This document shows positions 19,417 through 28,054 of a stretch of 64,000 nucleotides of DNA, piece after piece. The position numbers were made by a program, and so were the translations under genes. The notes beneath the pieces were generated by a model, which had not been told where the DNA came from, searched no databases, and saw only the letters and a program-made list of their open reading frames with translations. The stretch lies in contig CAVVYR010000029.1 in the NCBI GenBank assembly GCA_963752475.1, positions 96,001-160,000 on the forward strand, given 5' to 3'. How positions within the stretch are numbered: position 1 is the stretch's first letter; every line of letters begins with the position of its first letter. The stretch comes from an uncultured Chloroflexia bacterium. Its GTDB lineage: Bacteria > Chloroflexota > Limnocylindria > Limnocylindrales > CSP1-4.

Positions 19417-19824
19417 GTGACGGCTCAGCTCATCCGTGTCGCGATCATCGCGGTCGCGCTGCTGGTCACGGCGCTACTGGTCCCCGACATCGTCGTCGAG
19501 TGGTCCGAGGAGGCGGAGGGCATCGCCATCACGCTGCTCATCCTCGCGCTCGTCTTCGGGCTGGTCAACGGCTTCATCCGGCCCATCGCGCGGCTGGTCT
19601 CGATCCCGCTCAACATCGCCACGCTGGGGCTCTTCTCGGTCGTGCTCAACGCGGCGCTGCTGCTGCTCGTGGCCCTCGCTGTCGATGTCGTCTTCGGCCC
19701 GCTCATCGTCATCGGTGGCTTCCCGCCCGACCTGACCCTCGAAGCCATCGGCGCCGCGGCGGTAGGCTCGTTCATCATCAGCGCCATCAGCGCCGCACTC
19801 ACAGTCCTCATCCCGGACGCCTGA
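19417..19824 (+). CDS. 4-TM membrane protein, YvlD/'phage holin superfamily IV' family
   Basis: GLVN.FIRP...L.SIPL...TLGLFS.V.NA signature. Confidence 0.85.
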   Translation: MTAQLIRVAIIAVALLVTALLVPDIVVEWSEEAEGIAITLLILALVFGLVNGFIRPIARLVSIPLNIATLGLFSVVLNAALLLLVALAVDVVFGPLIVIGGFPPDLTLEAIGAAAVGSFIISAISAALTVLIPDA

Positions 19825-19834
19825 GGAGGACCCG

Positions 19835-20257
19835 ATGACCCACCGCAAGGATCGCCAGCTCGTGACCTCCGGCTCACCCTACGAGTCGATGGTCGGCTTC
19901 AGCCGGGCCGTACGCGTGGAAGACCGCGTGATGGTCGCCGGCACCGCACCGGTCTGGCCAGACGGGCATGTCGACCCCGACCCGGAAGCACAGGCGCGCC
20001 GCTGCCTGGAGATCATGCTGGAGGCACTCCAGAAGGCCGGCGCCCGCCCGGCTGACGTCGTGCGTACCCGCAGCTTCATCACCGACGCCGTGATCCAGGA
20101 CGCCGTGGGCCGAGCGCACGGTTCGATCTTCGGCGAGATCCGTCCCGCCTCGACGATGGTGGTCGTGGCCGGGCTCGTCGACGACCGCTGGGTCGTGGAG
20201 ATGGAGGCAGAGGCCATCATCGGCTCCGCGGCCGACCCCTCGCCCGATGGCGGCTGA
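19835..20257 (+). CDS. RidA/YjgF family protein
   Basis: E..VGFSRAVR, V.GT, DVVRTR, RPASTMV.V..L.....VEMEAEA. Confidence 0.92.
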   Translation: MTHRKDRQLVTSGSPYESMVGFSRAVRVEDRVMVAGTAPVWPDGHVDPDPEAQARRCLEIMLEALQKAGARPADVVRTRSFITDAVIQDAVGRAHGSIFGEIRPASTMVVVAGLVDDRWVVEMEAEAIIGSAADPSPDGG

Positions 20258-20275
20258 GCCGCTAGCATTCTGCGC

Positions 20276-20866
20276 ATGACGCGGCGCATCATCGACCTTG
20301 CGACGCCCGAGCGCTTCGCCACCGGCACAGCCGGTGAAGCCGGCGAGCGCACGTTCTTCCTGCAGGCGGTGCAGGCCGGGCAGGTGACCACCGTGATGCT
20401 CGAGAAGGAGCAGGTGGCCGTCCTGGCCGATCGCGTGCTCGCGGTCATCGACGAGGTGGAGCGGCGCGGACTGGCTGCCGTCGACGCGGGGCCCGCCGGT
20501 GTCCTCGACGAGCGACCATTGGAGCAACCGCTCCACGAGGAGTTCCGCGTGGGCACCATGGTCATCGCCTGGGACGACGACGTCGACCAGCTGGTGGTGG
20601 AGGCACGCTCGATGACGTTCGACGCCGGCGCAGGCGACGTGGCCCTGCGTGACGACGATGAGCTCGAAGAGGATGACATCCCCGACGATGCGCCCATCGG
20701 GCCGGACGTCCTGCGCGTCCATCTCACGCCGATCATGGCCCAGCAGTTCGCCCGACGTGCCAATAGCGTCGTGGCCGGCGGGCAGCCGACCTGTCCGTAC
20801 TGTGGGGCCGTACTGGAACGCAGCGGACACTTCTGCGCCCGGCGGTTCGACGATCTCGTGCACTGA
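20276..20866 (+). CDS. DUF3090 family protein
   Basis: G..GERTFFLQ, EKEQV..L, EFRVG, C-terminal CPYCG...GHFC.R. Confidence 0.85.
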   Translation: MTRRIIDLATPERFATGTAGEAGERTFFLQAVQAGQVTTVMLEKEQVAVLADRVLAVIDEVERRGLAAVDAGPAGVLDERPLEQPLHEEFRVGTMVIAWDDDVDQLVVEARSMTFDAGAGDVALRDDDELEEDDIPDDAPIGPDVLRVHLTPIMAQQFARRANSVVAGGQPTCPYCGAVLERSGHFCARRFDDLVH

Positions 20867-20922
20867 GGGAGGGCGATACCGACGGATCGAGGAGGTCATC
20901 GAGCAACGTAGTGGAGTGGGTC

Positions 20923-22128
20923 ATGCACCGAACGTCCAGGGCCATCGCGGTCCTCATCGCCGTCGCGCTGATGGGGACGGCCTTGGCCGTGCCTGCAAGC
21001 GCCGCCAACAGCGACCTCAAGCTCACGCGCATCCTCGGCGGCTACTCCAAGCCAGTCCTCGTGACGCACTCACCCCGCGGCGGGCGCGAAATCTATGTCG
21101 TCGAGCAGACGGGCAAGATCCACCGAGCCACGTTCTCCGGCGGCAAATGGCGCAAGCTGGGCGTCTTCCTCGACCTGACGTCGAAGGTCAACGACCCTGG
21201 CAGCTCCGGTGCCGAACGAGGCCTGCTCGGTCTCGCCTTCCACCCGAACTACCGGAAGAACGGCCGCTTCTACGTCAACTACACGCGCCGCGGTGCCGGC
21301 AGCAAGAGCGGCGACACCGTCATCGCCGAGTTCCGTCGTGCCAGCGCGGCGAAGGCGAACCCCAGGTCGGGCCGCGTGCTGATGATCATCAACCAGCCCT
21401 ACTCCAACCACAACGGTGGCCACCTCGCGTTCGGGCCTGACGGCATGCTCTATATCGGCACCGGCGATGGCGGCAGCGCCGGCGACCCCGGGAACCGTAG
21501 CCAAAGGCTCTCGAATCGCCTGGGCAAGCTGCTGCGCATCGACCCCATCGACCCCGACGGTTCGGGGCCGCGCCGCTATCGCACCCCCTCGGGCAACCCG
21601 CGCATCGGCAAGGGTGGCCTCAACGACATCTGGGCCTGGGGCCTGCGCAACCCCTGGCGCTTCTCGTTCGATCGCGCCAACGGTGACCTCTGGATCGGCG
21701 ACGTCGGCCAGAGCGCGCGCGAGGAGATCGACCGGGCCAGGTCGAACCGCGCGGGCAAGGCCGCGGGCAAGGGTCGCAACTTCGGCTGGAACCGCTGCGA
21801 GGGCAAGCGACGCTATCCCAACACCGGAGCGGTCTGCGGCTTCGGGACGCGCCCGGTGTTCGACTACGCCCACGGTGCCGGCCGGTGCTCGGTCACCGGT
21901 GGCTACGTTCATCGGGGACCATCGGCCGCTTCCTGGCGCGGGCTCTACATCGGCGGCGACTACTGTGGTCGCCTCTTCGTGCTCGACGGCCGCGGCAAGG
22001 TCCGGCTGGCCAGGAACACGGATCGGCGCATCTCGTCCTTCGGCGAGGACGCCGCAGGCCGCATCTTCATGACGGACCTGGCGAACGGCAACGTCTACCT
22101 CGTCAGGATGACCGGCCCCCGTCCGTAG
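20923..22128 (+). CDS. Secreted PQQ-dependent sugar dehydrogenase (GSDH beta-propeller) family protein
   Basis: Signal peptide; ERGLLGLAFHP, NHNGG.L.FGPDG.LYI.TGDGG, GLRNPWRFSFD, DVGQ..REE. Confidence 0.92.
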   Translation: MHRTSRAIAVLIAVALMGTALAVPASAANSDLKLTRILGGYSKPVLVTHSPRGGREIYVVEQTGKIHRATFSGGKWRKLGVFLDLTSKVNDPGSSGAERGLLGLAFHPNYRKNGRFYVNYTRRGAGSKSGDTVIAEFRRASAAKANPRSGRVLMIINQPYSNHNGGHLAFGPDGMLYIGTGDGGSAGDPGNRSQRLSNRLGKLLRIDPIDPDGSGPRRYRTPSGNPRIGKGGLNDIWAWGLRNPWRFSFDRANGDLWIGDVGQSAREEIDRARSNRAGKAAGKGRNFGWNRCEGKRRYPNTGAVCGFGTRPVFDYAHGAGRCSVTGGYVHRGPSAASWRGLYIGGDYCGRLFVLDGRGKVRLARNTDRRISSFGEDAAGRIFMTDLANGNVYLVRMTGPRP

Positions 22129-22223
22129 CTGGATAGCATCGACGTGATGCTATTCGCGTCCGGTCGTTATTGCGAAGACTTGCGATAGGTGCGTCGCGGG
22201 CCGAAGGGACTATGATTCTGGCG

Positions 22224-22688
22224 ATGGCCAACGAGACCTATGCGCACGCACCCCAGGTCACCTGGGACGAGGTCCGAGAGCGCCTCCACGAACGTGGGTT
22301 GCGCTGGACGCCCCAGCGTCGACTGCTGGTGGACGCGCTAGCCGGGACGGACGGTCACATCACCGGCGCCGAGCTCGTCGAGCGCTGCCGAGAGCAGGAC
22401 CCGGAGGTGACGCCCTCGACGGTCTATCGCACGCTCGATGTGCTCGAGGACATCGGCCTGATCCGGCACGCACACGGACTCGATGGCCGCGAAGAGTTCC
22501 ACGTCCGGCCCGCTCGAGAGCACGGGCATCTCCACTGCTCCGTCTGTCACCGCGCCTGGGAGATCGGCGCTGAGGACGTGGCCGATCTCGGCGCCGACCT
22601 CGAGTCGACACGTGGCTTCCGCATGGACCTTGGTCATCTCAGCATCGTCGGCGTCTGCGCCGACTGCCAGGAGGCCTCGGAGATCTAG
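22224..22688 (+). CDS. Fur family transcriptional regulator
   Basis: GLRWTPQR, H.T..EL, STVYRTL, HGHLHCSVC, C-terminal CADC. ATG lies 7 nt after TATGAT. Confidence 0.93.
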   Translation: MANETYAHAPQVTWDEVRERLHERGLRWTPQRRLLVDALAGTDGHITGAELVERCREQDPEVTPSTVYRTLDVLEDIGLIRHAHGLDGREEFHVRPAREHGHLHCSVCHRAWEIGAEDVADLGADLESTRGFRMDLGHLSIVGVCADCQEASEI

Positions 22689-22691
22689 CCT

Positions 22692-24263
22692 CTAGAAGCC
22701 GACGGCGAGGTCCCGGATGTCACCGAGGAGGATGTCGAGGTCGGCCTCGGTAGCGGTGTGGTTGAGGATCCCGGCGCGCAGCCACGTCCGGCCTCGCAGG
22801 CGCGTGGTCGTGAGGAACGACCGTCCGCTCAGCTGCAGGGCCGACTGCAGCGCGTCCTGGTGGACGTCGAGCGCGTCACGGCCGGCGGCGTCGTCCGCGG
22901 TCAGGCCCGCGGGCAGGTGGCGGAAGCACACGACCGAGAGGTTCGACTCCTCGGCCAGCTCGAAGTCGGCGGCCTCTCGTAGCCTGGCCTTGAGCGCTTC
23001 GGCCAGGTCGACGGTCTTCTCGACGAGCACCCCCAACCCCGGCGTCCCCAGGTGCTTCCACGACATCCACAGCTTGAGGGCCCGCTGGCGCCGCGTACCC
23101 TCGATGCTCAGGCGGTAGAAGTCGAGCTCGTCCGAGTGCGCGTCGGGCGCTCGCGAGGGGTCGCCCGAGCCACGGTAGTACTCCGGCCGATACGAGAACA
23201 CCTGCTCCAACAGCGACCCGTCGCGGATGAGCATGCCGCCGATGTCGTAGGCCTGGAAGAACCACTTCTGGGGGTCGATGGTGATGGAGTCCGCACGATC
23301 GAGGCCATCCAGCACAGGCGCGAGGCGCGCGGACAGCTTGGCCGCCCCGCCGTAGGCCGCGTCGACGTGGAACCAGAGCTCCTCGCGCTCGGCCAGGTCG
23401 GCAAGATCGGGCAGGACATCGACCGCGCCGGTGTTGGTGGTACCGGCCGTGGCCACGATAGCGAACGGCGTCAGGCCGACCGCACGGTCACGCTCGATAG
23501 CCTCCGCCACGGGTGCGGCCTGTAGGCGCAGCAACTCGTCGGCCGCCACCTTCACCAGGGTGCCCTCGGGGAACCCCAGCGTGTCGAGGCTGCGCTTGAT
23601 GGAGAAGTGCGCCTGATCACTGACGTAGATGCGGGCGTCAGCCAGATCGGCCCCGCGAGGCGGCCCGTCGAGCCCTTTGACACGCCGCAGGTGGACATCG
23701 CGCGCCACGATCATCGACATGATGTTGGCCATCACCCCGCCGGAGGTGAAGAGCCCGAACGAGCCCTCGCCATAGCCCACGAGATCGCACAGCCAGCGCA
23801 CGACCTCCTCCTCCACGAAGGTGGCCGAAGGACTGCAATGCCAGACATCGACGCCCTGGTGCACGACCTGGCTGAAGAGCTCGCCGGTGATCGAGGCCCA
23901 CAGTGGGATGGGTGTGAAGTAGGCGTAGGCTCGCGGATGCCAGGCGTTGGCCTGATGCGGGGCGAGGCGAGAGCGGAACTCCTCGATCAGCTCGGCCGAG
24001 GTGGACGGCTCGACGGGGGCGGCAGCCGGCACACCGGACGGCCCGAAGAAGACCTTGCGCAGCTCCTCGTAGTCACCGGGCTCACCGATGGCCCGCTCCA
24101 TGCCGTGGTCGTAGACGTAGTCGAGCACGGCCGACCAGGCCCCCTCCCCCAGCGCCTCGAGCGCCGGGCGCGAGGCGTCCTCGTCACGGATGTCCAGTAG
24201 CTCGGGCTCGGGATGCCAACCCTCGCCGGTCCGACCGGTCAGTCGGCCGTCAGCCCCTGCCAT
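22692..24263 (-). CDS. Group II PLP-dependent amino-acid decarboxylase
   Basis: TSGG..AN, HFS, AGTTNTGAVD, HVDAAYGG, PLP lysine in DPQKW, LKLW. Confidence 0.92.
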   Translation of the reverse strand: MAGADGRLTGRTGEGWHPEPELLDIRDEDASRPALEALGEGAWSAVLDYVYDHGMERAIGEPGDYEELRKVFFGPSGVPAAAPVEPSTSAELIEEFRSRLAPHQANAWHPRAYAYFTPIPLWASITGELFSQVVHQGVDVWHCSPSATFVEEEVVRWLCDLVGYGEGSFGLFTSGGVMANIMSMIVARDVHLRRVKGLDGPPRGADLADARIYVSDQAHFSIKRSLDTLGFPEGTLVKVAADELLRLQAAPVAEAIERDRAVGLTPFAIVATAGTTNTGAVDVLPDLADLAEREELWFHVDAAYGGAAKLSARLAPVLDGLDRADSITIDPQKWFFQAYDIGGMLIRDGSLLEQVFSYRPEYYRGSGDPSRAPDAHSDELDFYRLSIEGTRRQRALKLWMSWKHLGTPGLGVLVEKTVDLAEALKARLREAADFELAEESNLSVVCFRHLPAGLTADDAAGRDALDVHQDALQSALQLSGRSFLTTTRLRGRTWLRAGILNHTATEADLDILLGDIRDLAVGF

Positions 24264-24265
24264 CG

Positions 24266-25826
24266 CTACTCGATCACGCCGGCGCGTTCGACGAACCAGT
24301 CCACGACGGTCTCGACGAAGCCGTCGATGAACTCGGGCTCGAGCTGGCCGTACTCGGCGAACGCGCCGGTCACGGCCTCCTGGAAGAGGTGGTTGGCGTC
24401 GTCGAAGGTCATCGTCGTGACGTCCTCGTTGCCGGCCGCTTCGAGCGTCTCGCGCAGGGCCGTCTCGTTCGACTCGGCGACGACCTGCACGTCCTTGCCG
24501 CCGAAGATGCCCAGCACGGGCACGTCGACCTGCGCCCAGTCGGCGGTGGGGTCGTAGCCCAGGAACGAGCGGTACCAGTCAGACGCGTAGATCGGCATCT
24601 CCAAGTCGACCCGAGCCCGTGCGAAGTCGCTACGCTCTCCGGCGAGCTCCCGCTCCTCGGGCGTCAGCTCGTCCCACAGGCGCCCGTAGAACTCGAGCGA
24701 GATCCGCTCGACCTCCTCGAAGTCCTCCTCCAGCACCTTGGGCATGACCTGCGCGGTGTACTCCCCGACGGCCTCCACCTGTTCCTCGGGACTGCCTGCC
24801 GGAACGCGCGTCATGGCGATGTTCTGCTCGACGATGAGTTCGATGCCGTCGATGACCGCGGGCGCCATCATGCCGATGTACGCGACGCGCGGGTCGGACG
24901 CTCCGAGCATGGCCGCGTAGAGCCCACCCTCGCTGTGGCCGAAGAGCCCGATGCGCTCCGGATCCACGTCGTCGCGGGTCTCGACGAAGTCGATGGCGGC
25001 ACGGGCGTCCTCCGCCAGCTCCCCGACGGTGGCCGCGTTGTAGTCACCGGTCGAGCCGCCGACACCGCGATCGTCGTAGCGCAGCACGCCCACGCCGGCA
25101 CTCGTGAGTGCGTCGGCGATGACCGCGAACGGCTCCAGCAGCGTGATGGGCTTGAGCGACTCGTTGCGATCCTGCGGGCCGGAGCCGGTCATCGTGATGA
25201 CCACCGGGTGCGGGCCGGGTGCGTCGGGCAGCGTGAGCGTGCCGGCCAGCTCGACACCTTCGGAGCCGCCGGGGAAGGTCACTTCCTCGACGTGGTAGGC
25301 GAGACCTGAGGGATCGGGTGTGGGCTCGGGCGCAAGCGGCGCGAAGGCGTCGATAGCGGGCTTGAGCGCCTGCTCGCGCAGGGCGTCGTACTCGTCGGGA
25401 GCTCGACTGCATCAGCACCAGGTTGGTGCTGCCGTCCTCCTCCGCCAGGGCCAGTCCGAAGGCCAGCGTCATCTCGCCGAGCTCCACGGTGAACTCGTAG
25501 ACCGTCCAGTCGTAGAGGTCGGTGTCGTACTCGAACGACGGCGCCGGAGGTTCCGTGAGCGCGAGCGACGGCAGGAGGCTTGGCCAGAGCTGTTCGATGC
25601 TTGCTGCCGCCGACTGGATGGCCATGCCCACGCGGTCCTCCGGGCCCAGACTGCGCGCGTACTGGCCGCCGCCCACGTCCTGCCACTCGCTAGGTACCAC
25701 GGAGGTGATGCCGAAGAGCGGATCCTCGATGGTGCGGTAGTCGTCATCCTGTGCGGCGACCGCGGCCACGCTGACGAGGATGAGCGCGAGCGAGATGAAG
25801 ATGGCCAGGGTTCGACGCATGATCAC
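24266..25826 (-). CDS. Secreted alpha/beta hydrolase with an N-terminal domain; apparent +1 frameshift near 25403
   Basis: Signal peptide and N-domain in ORF 25044-25826. After LMQS the frame of 24266-25282 reads APDEYDALREQ...EPTPDP...EEVTF, then GSGPQDR, RYDDRGVG, GHSEGG, KDVQV, NHLFQ. Confidence 0.85.
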
Positions 25827-25909
25827 GACTGCAGGACTCCTTCAAAGTGTGGGGTGTTCTGGGCGAGCGGCTTGCAGCCGCTGTAGTGGTTGCTGATCAG
25901 GCCCGCGGA

Positions 25910-26254
25910 TCATTCGGAGGACTGGGGAGAACGATAGGCGATGACCTCGACGTGCTCGAGCGTGATGAGGCCACCGTCGACCATGGCGTCGATCTCCGGC
26001 AACACCGAGCGGAGGCGATCCTCGCGGTCGACGACCTCGATGAGGATGGGCAGGTCTTCGGACAGGCGCAGGATATGGGCGGTATGGACGCGTGCGGCCC
26101 GGCCGTAGCCCTCGATACCTCGCAGCACGGTTGCGCCGGCGACACCGGACGCGCGCAGCTTCTGCACGATGGCCTCGTACAGTGGTTTCCCTTCCCAGCG
26201 GTCGGACTCGCCGATGTAGATACGCGCCAGCAGTGCGGGTCCGTCGATCTTCAT
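25910..26254 (-). CDS. DUF190 (PII-like) protein
   Basis: RIYIGESD, PLY..IV, GATVLRGIEGYG, LS.DLP..IE.VD; coupled to crcB. Confidence 0.92.
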   Translation of the reverse strand: MKIDGPALLARIYIGESDRWEGKPLYEAIVQKLRASGVAGATVLRGIEGYGRAARVHTAHILRLSEDLPILIEVVDREDRLRSVLPEIDAMVDGGLITLEHVEVIAYRSPQSSE

Positions 26255-26625
26255 GGCAGCAGCCTCCCGACAGCGAGCCCGGCCACGACGGCGATCATGC
26301 CGATGGCGACCGAGCCCACGAGATTGAAGAGCATGTGGGCGATGTCACCCTCCTCCACCAGGGTCCACGACTCCAGCATCAACGTGGAGAAGGTGGTGTA
26401 CGAGCCGATGAATCCCACCATCAGCGGCACCCGGATCTCGGGCGAGAGGACGGCCCGATCCATGGCCAGGGCGAAGACGAGTCCGAGTGCGAACGAGCCC
26501 GAGATGTTGACCGCGAACGTGCCCCACGGAAAGCGTCCACCGGCGAGATCCTGCACCCAGCCCTGCACGAGATACCGCGAGACGGCACCGAACGCGCCGC
26601 CGACGGCGAGGAAGAGCAGGGTCAT
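26251..26625 (-). CDS. crcB: Fluoride efflux channel FluC/CrcB
   Basis: GGAFGA..RY, FPWGT..VN..GSF, GF.GSYTTFST. Confidence 0.95.
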   Translation of the reverse strand: MTLLFLAVGGAFGAVSRYLVQGWVQDLAGGRFPWGTFAVNISGSFALGLVFALAMDRAVLSPEIRVPLMVGFIGSYTTFSTLMLESWTLVEEGDIAHMLFNLVGSVAIGMIAVVAGLAVGRLLP

Positions 26626-26707
26626 ATCCGTATCGTCGCACGAGCGGGGCAGAGCTTGACGTGCCGACGGTCATCGAGTCGTTACCCGTCGGGCGTAGGC
26701 TTGCGCC

Positions 26708-27124
26708 ATGACCGACGAGAAGACCCCCGACCGACTGCCGACCACCGAGGACGGGTGGCGCCAACACCTCACGCCCGACCAGTACCGGATCCTCCGCGAG
26801 AAAGGCACCGAACGAGCCTTCACCGGCGAGTACGTCGACGAGAAGCGCTCGGGCACGTACCGCTGCGCGGGTTGCGGCGCGGAGCTCTTCGCGTCGGACA
26901 CCAAGTACGACTCTGGCTCCGGCTGGCCCAGCTTCTGGCAGCCGGCAGCCGAAGGTGCCATCGCCTTCGAGTCGGACTCGTCCTTCGGGATGGTCCGCAC
27001 CGAGGCCATGTGCGCCAAGTGCGGCGGCCACCTGGGCCACGTCTTCGACGATGGCCCCAACCCCACCGGTCAGCGCTACTGCATCAACTCCGTCTCGATC
27101 GAGCTCGACCCCGACGAGGACTAG
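26708..27124 (+). CDS. msrB: Peptide-methionine (R)-S-oxide reductase
   Basis: [36 protein letters not shown]. Confidence 0.97.
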   Translation: MTDEKTPDRLPTTEDGWRQHLTPDQYRILREKGTERAFTGEYVDEKRSGTYRCAGCGAELFASDTKYDSGSGWPSFWQPAAEGAIAFESDSSFGMVRTEAMCAKCGGHLGHVFDDGPNPTGQRYCINSVSIELDPDED

Positions 27125-27128
27125 CCGC

Positions 27129-27776
27129 CTAGTCCTCGTGGTAGATCTCGGTGGCGGTGAGGTTGCGGCCGTCGGGCCCGGTGAAGGTGGTGATGACGTC
27201 CCTGAAAGCCTCGCCCCAGCGGGCGGCCACGTCGGTGGCATTGATGCGATCGATGACCGTCTCGAAGTCGGGGTAGTAGCGGCCCACGTAGACCACGTGA
27301 GGACCGCGTCGGAAGCCGGTGTAGTCGCGATAGCCGGCCTCGGCGATGGCCTCGATCATCTCGGGCCAGGGATCGGCGTGGAGGTTGTCGTAGTACGTCG
27401 CCGAGCGTGGGTCGATGACGAGACTGAAGCAGCCCCGCTCCCAGGGGCCATCGGGCTCAGGGGCGTCGGTGTGGAAGACCTCGTCGTACCAGATGAGGCC
27501 GCCCTTGGGTGCCTCGACCTCAGCGATGATGTCGCGGAACTGCTTGCCCCACTTGCGGTTCGCCTGCCCGCGGGCATAGTCCCGAAAGGCCGTCTTGCGG
27601 TCGGGCTCGCAGCGGGCGTACCACCACACGTCGGTGCCACGCCGATAGCCGGTCACATCATGGAGACCGGCCTCGCGCATCTCGGCCGCGACCTCATCAG
27701 GGGTCTCAGCGTGGATCCGGTCGTACCGCTCCTCTGTGCCGGGGAAGAGTCGGACGTAGTAGAGGCTTCGTTCCAT
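27129..27776 (-). CDS. Tandem two-domain L-rhamnose mutarotase-family protein
   Basis: Two RhaM-like repeats (YDRIH...TGYRRG...W...EVFH and YDNLHADPWPEM...TGFRRG...W...EIYH). Start at ATG 27776 within ORF 27129-28223. Confidence 0.82.
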   Translation of the reverse strand: MERSLYYVRLFPGTEERYDRIHAETPDEVAAEMREAGLHDVTGYRRGTDVWWYARCEPDRKTAFRDYARGQANRKWGKQFRDIIAEVEAPKGGLIWYDEVFHTDAPEPDGPWERGCFSLVIDPRSATYYDNLHADPWPEMIEAIAEAGYRDYTGFRRGPHVVYVGRYYPDFETVIDRINATDVAARWGEAFRDVITTFTGPDGRNLTATEIYHED

Positions 27777-27952
27777 CGTGCCCTCATCGTATCCGGTAGC
27801 GCGACCGAGGTTCGGCTGCCGCGTGTAGCGGCAGCAAGGCCGATCGAACGCCGAGGAAGCAGGCTCTGCCCGGCAGGGTCTGCCCAGCAGGGCCGCCTTG
27901 CGCCTGGAGCAAGAGTCGGGCTGGAGTCCCGAACGACGACGCGGAGCACGAT

Positions 27953-28013
27953 AGGGCGGGCGCCGCCGAGACACCCAAGGCGGGCGCCGCCGGACACGAG
28001 AAAGCGGGCGCCG
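27953..28013. repeat. Three degenerate ~25-bp direct repeats (core GCGGGCGCCG) merging into the terminator
   Basis: GGGCGGGCGCCGCCGAGACAC / GGCGGGCGCCGCCGGACAC / GCGGGCGCCGG. Confidence 0.55.
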
Positions 28014-28029
28014 GTGGTCCGGCGCCCGC
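27998..28029 (-). terminator. Intrinsic terminator of hppA
   Basis: 11-bp stem GCGGGCGCCGG-N4-CCGGCGCCCGC followed by TTTCTC on the minus strand, 25 nt after the stop. Confidence 0.7.
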
Positions 28030-28054
28030 ATTGGGTGCGAAGTGAGATCGGCGT

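Noticed and set aside
19417-19824. 'Phage holin' as evidence of a prophage
   Set aside because: This family is commonly chromosomal, and no endolysin, integrase or structural genes are nearby.
26626-26707. Fluoride riboswitch upstream of crcB
   Set aside because: The consensus (GGCGATGG...TGATG.C.CT) is not present; the short region holds the divergent msrB promoter.
27840-27870. SRP RNA, suggested by AGGAAGCAG
   Set aside because: The preceding TCAGG.CCGGAAGG helix-8 tetraloop context is missing.
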